64,000 bases of DNA, from assembly GCA_964016885.1 (NCBI GenBank), contig OZ024746.1:34162001-34226000 (forward strand). Reading direction: 5' to 3'. Shown piece by piece: positions 57,042 through 64,000 of the stretch. Made by a program: the position numbers and the translations under genes. This stretch comes from Eledone cirrhosa (Eukaryota). The notes beneath the pieces are model-generated. The model was not told the DNA's origin. It saw only the letters and a program-made list of their open reading frames with translations, and did not search any database. Each line of letters opens with the position of its first letter. The first letter of the stretch is position 1.

Positions 57042-60000
57042 ATGACCTCACTCAGAATAGGCAGCATATATACGCGTGACTTGGGGTCGTCATGGAAGCA
57101 GGGCCACCTGCTCAACGACCTCAGGTCACTAAACATAGATGTAGTGGCCATCAGCGAGACCAGAATCTCCGAAGCACGGGCCTTCGCACCTATCTTCGGC
57201 GGCTACGATGTGTACGCATCTCCCAGCCGTCTTGGATCGGGGGCAGGAGTTGCTGTGCTTTTTCGGGAGAGGTTTGGATCTCGCCATACTGGCCATCTTC
57301 CTGGACCCAGAAGTTAAGTTGGTGGTGCTGGATGTGACCAGCAGAGACGGGCAAGATTTCAGGCTAGTGGCTGTCTATGGCCCGACAGGAGCAGGGCGGC
57401 CTGATTTCTTCCGGCGTCTGGAGACCTTTCTTGGAATGTCCAGCTCTTTAGTGTTAGTGGGCGACTGGAACGGGATCTTAGATGCACGCTGCGACTGTGT
57501 GGGATTAGCGGATAGGAGATGAGGGTGCAAGAGCCTCACGAACCTGCTCAAGCATATTGAACTGTTTGACAGGTACCGATTGGATTTCCCGAACGCGCCA
57601 ATGTGCACTTGGACAAACCGCATAGAGTCATCCAGATCATATCTAGATAGAGTATTGTTTAGGGAAATGGATAGGTCTAGCATAGGCTGTCCACAATTCA
57701 AGGTAGTCAGCTATACGGACCACGAATTCGTAATCTGTCTGCTACACTTAGATAGGCTTCATAAACGAGGACCCGGCTACTGGAAGCTAAACTCGTCCTT
57801 ACCAGCGCGCAAGGCCTACAGAGACCGGATTAGCGAACTAGTTAAGCGGGCGTTGACGGGGTCCATCATCAACAACAAGTGGTGGTTTGCTCTTAAAAGA
57901 GCGATTAGAATAGAGTCCATTAGGTTTAATAACACTTTAGCAATAGAGAAAAATAGAGCAGATGGAGAACTAGTTAGAAAATTAGACGAGGCGCTTAGCA
58001 AAGGCATTGCGACCGACGAGCTTGCGGCATAATTGGCCCTTTACGAATTCTTGAATTCGTGGGGACGAAAGACGTTCAATGGGCCCGAGTGGCGAAAGCG
58101 CGTCGTGGCAACACAGCCACGATCCGGTCTTTAGTGCACCACGACGGGCGCATGCTACTCGATCCTGGGCAAATGTGTGAAGCTTTTCAGCGACACTTCG
58201 CTCAGATGTTCGGGGGCAGCGGCGGGCCGGGTCGAGGGATGGACTTTAGTGTCTACCTCGACAGACAGCCGCGTATCTCGGCCACTGATGCGGAGTGTTG
58301 GGAAAAGCCGATAACAGCCGCTGAAGTACGGGAGGCAATGACTGGCTGCACAAGGGGTAAATCGCCTGGTTTGGATGGTCTGCCCTATGAACTTTACGTA
58401 CATATGCTAGACTTGTTCGGAGGCCTCTTGGCGGACGTCTACTGCAACCGGCAACAGAACGGGAGAATTCCCAGCTCTGTGAGCCGAGGAGTGGTGGCGC
58501 TGCTGAGAAAGGATCCGAACAAGGGGATAACATAGATAATTTCAGGCCCATAACTCTGCTAAACACAGAGTTCAAGATTTTGGCCAAGGTGCTAGCAAAA
58601 AGGTTGGCGCTTGTTGTTGGTCGTCTGGTGGGAGAGGCGCAGACATGCACCATTCCCGACAGATCCATCCACGACAACCTCCACCTCATGCGATACATCG
58701 TAGAGTGGGTAGCTAGGGAACCTGGCACGGGTGGGTCCTTGATCAATATAGATCAGTCGAAAGCTTTCGATAGGGTCGTCCATCGTTACCTAGCAGAAGT
58801 CCTGAGGACGGCTGGTTTTGGGCCTGTCTTCAGAGGCTGGATCGCTGCCATGCACAGCGACATCTGCTCTGTGGTGAGAGTGAACGGTCCCCTTTCTGAA
58901 CCGTTCAACATCATGTGCTCGGTCCGCCAAGATGTCCCCTCTCGTCCCTCCTGTACGTATTGACTCTCGAGCCATTACTGCACAAACTGGAGGTTGAGGG
59001 GGATCCCGCGCGAACTAGGATTCGGAAGATCCGTGTCGGCATATGCGGACGATGTCACCGTAGTGGTGTCGAACGCCAAACACATCGAGGCGATCGGCAC
59101 TACACTAAGAGAATACAAAGCGGTGACAAGAGTAATGATCAACCAAGAAAAGTCAGTTGGCCTGCAGCTCGGCACCTGGAGAGGCAGGTCCATGCCGTCC
59201 AACAGCGTCAACAGTGCTGGACGGACGGACCGGTTAAATTAGTAGGGGTCTGGTTCGGTCCGGACCTCCAGACGAGCAGGATGGCTTCTCTCTCCCAGAA
59301 ATGGGCGGAGAGGAAGCTATCCCTGAAAGATCGAGCGGAGGTGGCTAACGCGTACATCGCGTCCGTCATCTACTACCGCCTGACCGTCGTACTTTGTCCT
59401 AAGCCCCGCCTGACTCCGCTAGAACGTTTGTTCTTTCGCTTTTTGTGGCAGGGACGCGCTCCGATGTTCAGGCGGTCCATCTGCTGTCAACACCCGCTAC
59501 GTGGAGGGCTGGGCATGCCGTGGCTGATGATGCGCAGACACGCGCTCAGGCTACGACATCTCCACCTCTTCCTCGACGGTGATCAGGTGTGGTCGCTGTT
59601 TGCTAGACGCGTATTTCCCCAGCTCGTCTCCTTTGACGGAGCTGCAGTACTGGGTCAAGCGAAGACCGAGAGGGAGCGCTTGGAGGCTGGAATATCTTCA
59701 GGCGCCCACAGCCCTCGACCAATCGGGCAATGTGATCGGTGGAAACTCCACCTTGGCGTTCTATAGAAGATTAGTGGAGGGGAAGAGCGACGATGTGCTT
59801 GGAGAAACTCTAGGCGTCGACGAAAATCAACTAGCCAATCTCTTCGGAAGAATTTCGGGCCGCTGTCTATGGACAACTTCCAGAAATTCCTGGCCTGGCT
59901 GTGCTACCGAGGAACTTTGCCAGTTCGGGATAAACTCTACAGGCATGGAGGTGCCGTCAGCCGGGCATGTCCGGGATGCGCCCAGGGCGACGAAACCGTC

Positions 60001-60384
60001 CTCCACGCACTCGTCCAGTGTCCGAGCATTGCTGACTAGTGGGTTTATGTCGAACACCTGCTGTCACATGTAGGACGGAATCAGTTATCAGCTGAGTCCA
60101 TCGTGAGGATTGCCCCGCCCTCTTCCTTTAGCCGGGAAGGGCAGGCAGTTATTATCTGTCTGGTGGCCATGGCGAAAGAGATAGTATGGTGGACATGTTT
60201 GAAAGGGCTGAAGACGAGCTCTTACCTCTTCGGTGATGCCCTGATTAACTTTTTCAAATTTCATTTCAAAAGGAAAATCAGGTTAGAGTGGGAAGTGCTC
60301 TCTTTCCAGCATTTTGTTGAAAGATGGGTGAGAGAAGCAAGTATGTCCCGAGTGAATGGGCCTACTCTGAATATGTGTGTGTAA
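57042..60384 (+). pseudogene. LINE ORF2 (APE endonuclease, RT, zinc-binding domain)
   Basis: ISETR, VYGP, GDWN, SYLDR, TDH, GYWKLN, KSPGLDGLP, FRPITLLN, DQSKAFDRV, YADDVT, GGLGMP. Confidence 0.92.
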
Positions 60385-60671
60385 ATTAAAGGTGGAAAAC
60401 TGGGAGAGGGCACTTGGCCTGGTGGTCAGGTTCACTGTGGCCTTTTAATGGGCTTTCACCACAAATGTTCCTCGGAAGTCTCCCCCCTATTGGGGAATTT
60501 GTTATTGTTATTTTTTTTTTATTACATCCTGTTTTTTCTACACGCAGAAATGCCCATTTGTAACGTCCTGTATTGTCCTGTACTGTCCTTAATGTCTATT
60601 TTATGTAAACCCTTGTGGTTAATAAAGAAAGCATTATTATTATTATTATTACTATTATTATTATTATTATT

Positions 60672-63600
60672 TTTATTTGTTTCATTATTGTTTCTGAGAT
60701 ATATGCCGAGTGTCTTCCTGACACCTATGGCATATAAATTGACAGTGTGCATCGGTAAGCCAGTTAATACAGCACGTTGATTATAATTAAAAAAAAAAAA
60801 AATGTAAATACAAGAAGGGATATCAATCTTACAGAGATAGTGCTCTTCTCAATACGTGTGCAGTACCAGGAATCATGCGCAAATATTGTTCTGTTCCTTT
60901 CTTGATCATTTCCAGTCCTCCCACAACCACTGGTATTGTAACAGCCTTGAGGTGGCACATTTTCTCAATTTCAATAAGCAGATCTTTATATTTTCGTATC
61001 TTGTCAAATTCTTTTGCTGCGATATTGTGATCACATGGGATGCTCATATCTATCAATAAACAGACCTTGTTGTGTTGAGCTTTTACAATGATGTCAGATC
61101 TATTTGCTTTTATGGTCCTGTCTGTATGTACAGGAAAGTCCCAGAGAATTGTTACTTTTTCTCCTTCAGTTACAGACTCAGGGTGATGATTGTACCACTT
61201 GTCTTCAGCTTTGATTTTGTAATGCCGACATATTACCCAGTGTAGATATTGGCCAACTCTGTCATGTCTATATTTGTATTCTACTGGTGCTAAAACTTTA
61301 CATCCAGAGACTAAGTGAACCACTGTTTCAACCTCAGCATTGCAGAATTGGCACTTTGGGTTTATTCCGTTTCTGATCACATTGGCCTGGTAATTACGAG
61401 TCAATAAACTTGTATCTTGGGCAGCTAAGATAAAGCATTCACTCTCCGCCTTTAACCCTGAACTATGTAGCCATTGATGGGTATGCTTTTGGTCAACATC
61501 AGCTTGTTTGCTTCGGACCACATATTTGCCATGCAGAGGTTTCTGCTCCCAATTTGATGCTAAATGTCCCTGCCCTTTCGCATTTTCCAGTGATTTTATG
61601 TGCCTAGCAGCATCAGTTGCAACAGCTTCTTTAGTCTGTCCAGTCTGGGTATCAAGCATGAGATCAGTAGCACATATTTTGCTCTCCCTCAAGATAGAAT
61701 GAAGTTTCTTACTTCTCTCATGCTTTTCGACAAGTTTCAGCATACAGTCGTTAGTTGTTTCAAGGTATTTGGCCAGTCCAATCATGGAGGTCTTGTAAAC
61801 AAGTTCAAATTGTATCAGGCGACGCGGCCTCCTTGAGGTAAAGACGATCCACATCTGCTTTTGGGTGTTGCATCCAATTACAGGTCAGTAGCTTACGGAC
61901 TTTGGTGTCGATTCTTTTGATTTCACTCATATTCCAGTTCAACACACCGAAGCTATAAGTGACAACTGGGACTGCCAAGGAATTTATGGCTAGCACCTTG
62001 TTACGAGCGTTTAGTTCTGATCTCAGAACTGCAGGTACTATCCTGTAACATTCTTTCCTTATCCTCTCTTTCATACTTGCATGCTCTATGCCATAGCCTT
62101 CATTAATCCCTAAGTATGTATAGGTTTTTTCCTGCTCAAGTTCCTTTATGATTGTTTCAGCATCCAAGTCAACTGAATCTGAGTTGATGTCTATATTCCC
62201 AGAGCACTCTACCCCAGTGGAATGAGAGAATTGGAGATTTGTGTTCCATAATTACATATTGTGTTTCAGGAAGTTTGAGATCAGAGGTGAGAGTTTGAAA
62301 GATGTCCACTTATTTCAGAATCCATGACTGTGGTACGCTGTCAAAGGCTTTTTGATAATCGATCCATGCAGAACTGAGATTTCTGTGTTTATTATGACAG
62401 TTCTCAAGGATCATACGATTAATCGAAAATTGATCTTTGCAACCATATGAACCTCGACGGCACCCTTTTTGTTCAATGGGTAAAAGATTGTTCTCCTCCA
62501 AAAACACGTATGCTTTTTCCATGAGAATAGAAGTTAATAGTTTATAAGTGGTGGACAAGCAGATTATGGGCCGATAGTTTTTTTTATCTTTAGTTTCGCT
62601 TTTCTTTGGTAGAAGGTAGGTAATACCACTTGCTATCCAATCAGGTGTAATTTTTGGATCTTTCATAATTCCATTAAACGGCTTGACCAATATATTTTGA
62701 GTGCACGGGACTGAGGAAAGCCAGAAAGATGGCACCCTGTCTCTACCAGCGGATTTCCATGTATGAGATTTATTGAGTGCTGTCCTTAAGTCCGCTATAG
62801 AGATGTCTTCCCACACATCTTCTTCTAAATTTGTGTAGGATTTTTCCAGGCGACTAATCCAATCTACATTAGCATTATATATCTTGTCTTCACTCCAAAT
62901 CTTACACCAGAAGTTTTCAACTTCTTCTATGGACTTCAATAATTATGTTTTCTTCCCTAATTCTCTATAAAATAATTTGGCATCGGATGAGAACAACCTA
63001 TTTTGCATGTAGAAGTTGTTTCGCTTCTCGAATCTACGAATTCGTTAGGCTTTTACCTGGACTTTTGGTTTCACAGATTCTTTTGTTGAAACTATTGCTT
63101 CACTAGAAGACAGTCCATATTTTCTCTTTAGCTTTCTTACCTTCTTGGATCTTATATCATTTCCACCGGTTAACTCATTCAATACAGATATTTCTCCTCT
63201 CATTACGTCAATCTCCTTTTTGATTCTACTCCTCCAAATTGGTTTACCTCGAAGGTTCGACATTCTTTGTACTTTTGGTGGTAAACAATTTGTTTCAATT
63301 AATCTAGCATATGCATAAATGATTCCATTTTTACTCAGTATGATCAGGTTCTAGTTTTTCTATGATTTCTTTTATCACAGACTTACCAATCATAAGGGCG
63401 ATGGATTGGCAGTATCGGTAGAGGGTCGGACGCCATGCTTTCCAGCATAGTTACGTCCCTTTACCATCTGAGTTCAAATCCCGCCGAGGTTGACTTTGCC
63501 TTTCATCCTTACGGGGTCGATAAAATAAAGTACCAGTAATGCACTGGTAATTGCTGGCCTTGTGCCTGAAGTAGAAACAATTATTTGTTTTCTATTTTGG

Positions 63601-64000
63601 ATTGTATTTGGGAGTTTTTGAAGTGGTTCTCTATCATTTATACTAGAATGCCTTACTACTGCAAGCTCATTCAGTATTTTTGGCCTTAATTCCTTCATAG
63701 TCTTACCGTATTCTTCAGCAGATGTTTCGTTTTCAATTACTGTTTCTATGTCCCTCTCCAGGCTATATTCAGCGGGTTCAATATTTGTGATTTGGTCAGA
63801 TGGAGGTCTTTCAGTAAAGACTTGTGACTGGTTACTATCTCCAGGAGATTCTTCAGTTCTTTCATCATTTATATTTATGTCATTCTCCACAGCCTGCTTG
63901 ATCGCAGTTAGTTCAGTGTCTGTCAGTCTATTACTTCTGAAGATATACCTCCTTACATTTGCCGACTTATTTCCATCCATATCACGTCTGCTAGCTTGAT
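60672..64000 (-). mobile_element. Third R4/Dong-type element (different family), internally deleted, runs past the window end
   Basis: NYRPIICL, EQKGC, WIDYQKAFDSVP, then a jump to YTYLG with GIFQGD/YMDD missing; CQFC..HLVSGC, RHD, LWDF, LIDMSIP; followed by (TAA)n. Confidence 0.9.
63397..63581 (+). mobile_element. tRNA-derived SINE (family 1) nested in the Dong-type ORF
   Basis: Full length; A box TGGCAGTATCGG, B box GAGTTCAAATCC. Confidence 0.92.

Larger units (their letters stand above)
54961..60632 (+). mobile_element. Full-length degenerate Tx1/L1-clade LINE
   Basis: ORF1 plus ORF2; AATAAAGAAA at the 3' end; lies between (TAT)n tracts. Confidence 0.9.

Overview
AT-rich eukaryotic genomic DNA full of microsatellites and almost entirely made of transposable elements. 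The dominant tRNA-derived SINE resembles the abundant octopod SINEs, so an octopus-like cephalopod is inferred. No intact host gene can be supported, and most listed ORFs are microsatellite or antisense artefacts. Recognisable elements: Penelope-like (PLE) RT and GIY-YIG remnants, three R4/Dong-type RLE LINEs and a Tx1/L1 LINE stacked at (TAA)n tracts, RTE derivatives, about a dozen SINEs, Helitron-like elements, and decayed hAT and mariner fragments. The most notable signal is non-coding: several distinct families of minimal type-I hammerhead ribozymes (HHRs). One sits in a 425-bp tandem, retrozyme-like array bounded by a 15-bp target-site duplication. Two sit in short palindromes that share a tail and show stem covariation. 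These and the PLE remnants recur as divergent (3'-ends-outward) palindromes of about 0.2 to 4.7 kb. One PLE also has RT motif A cut out and re-attached in frame at the C-terminus. All calls were made by eye, so boundaries are approximate.
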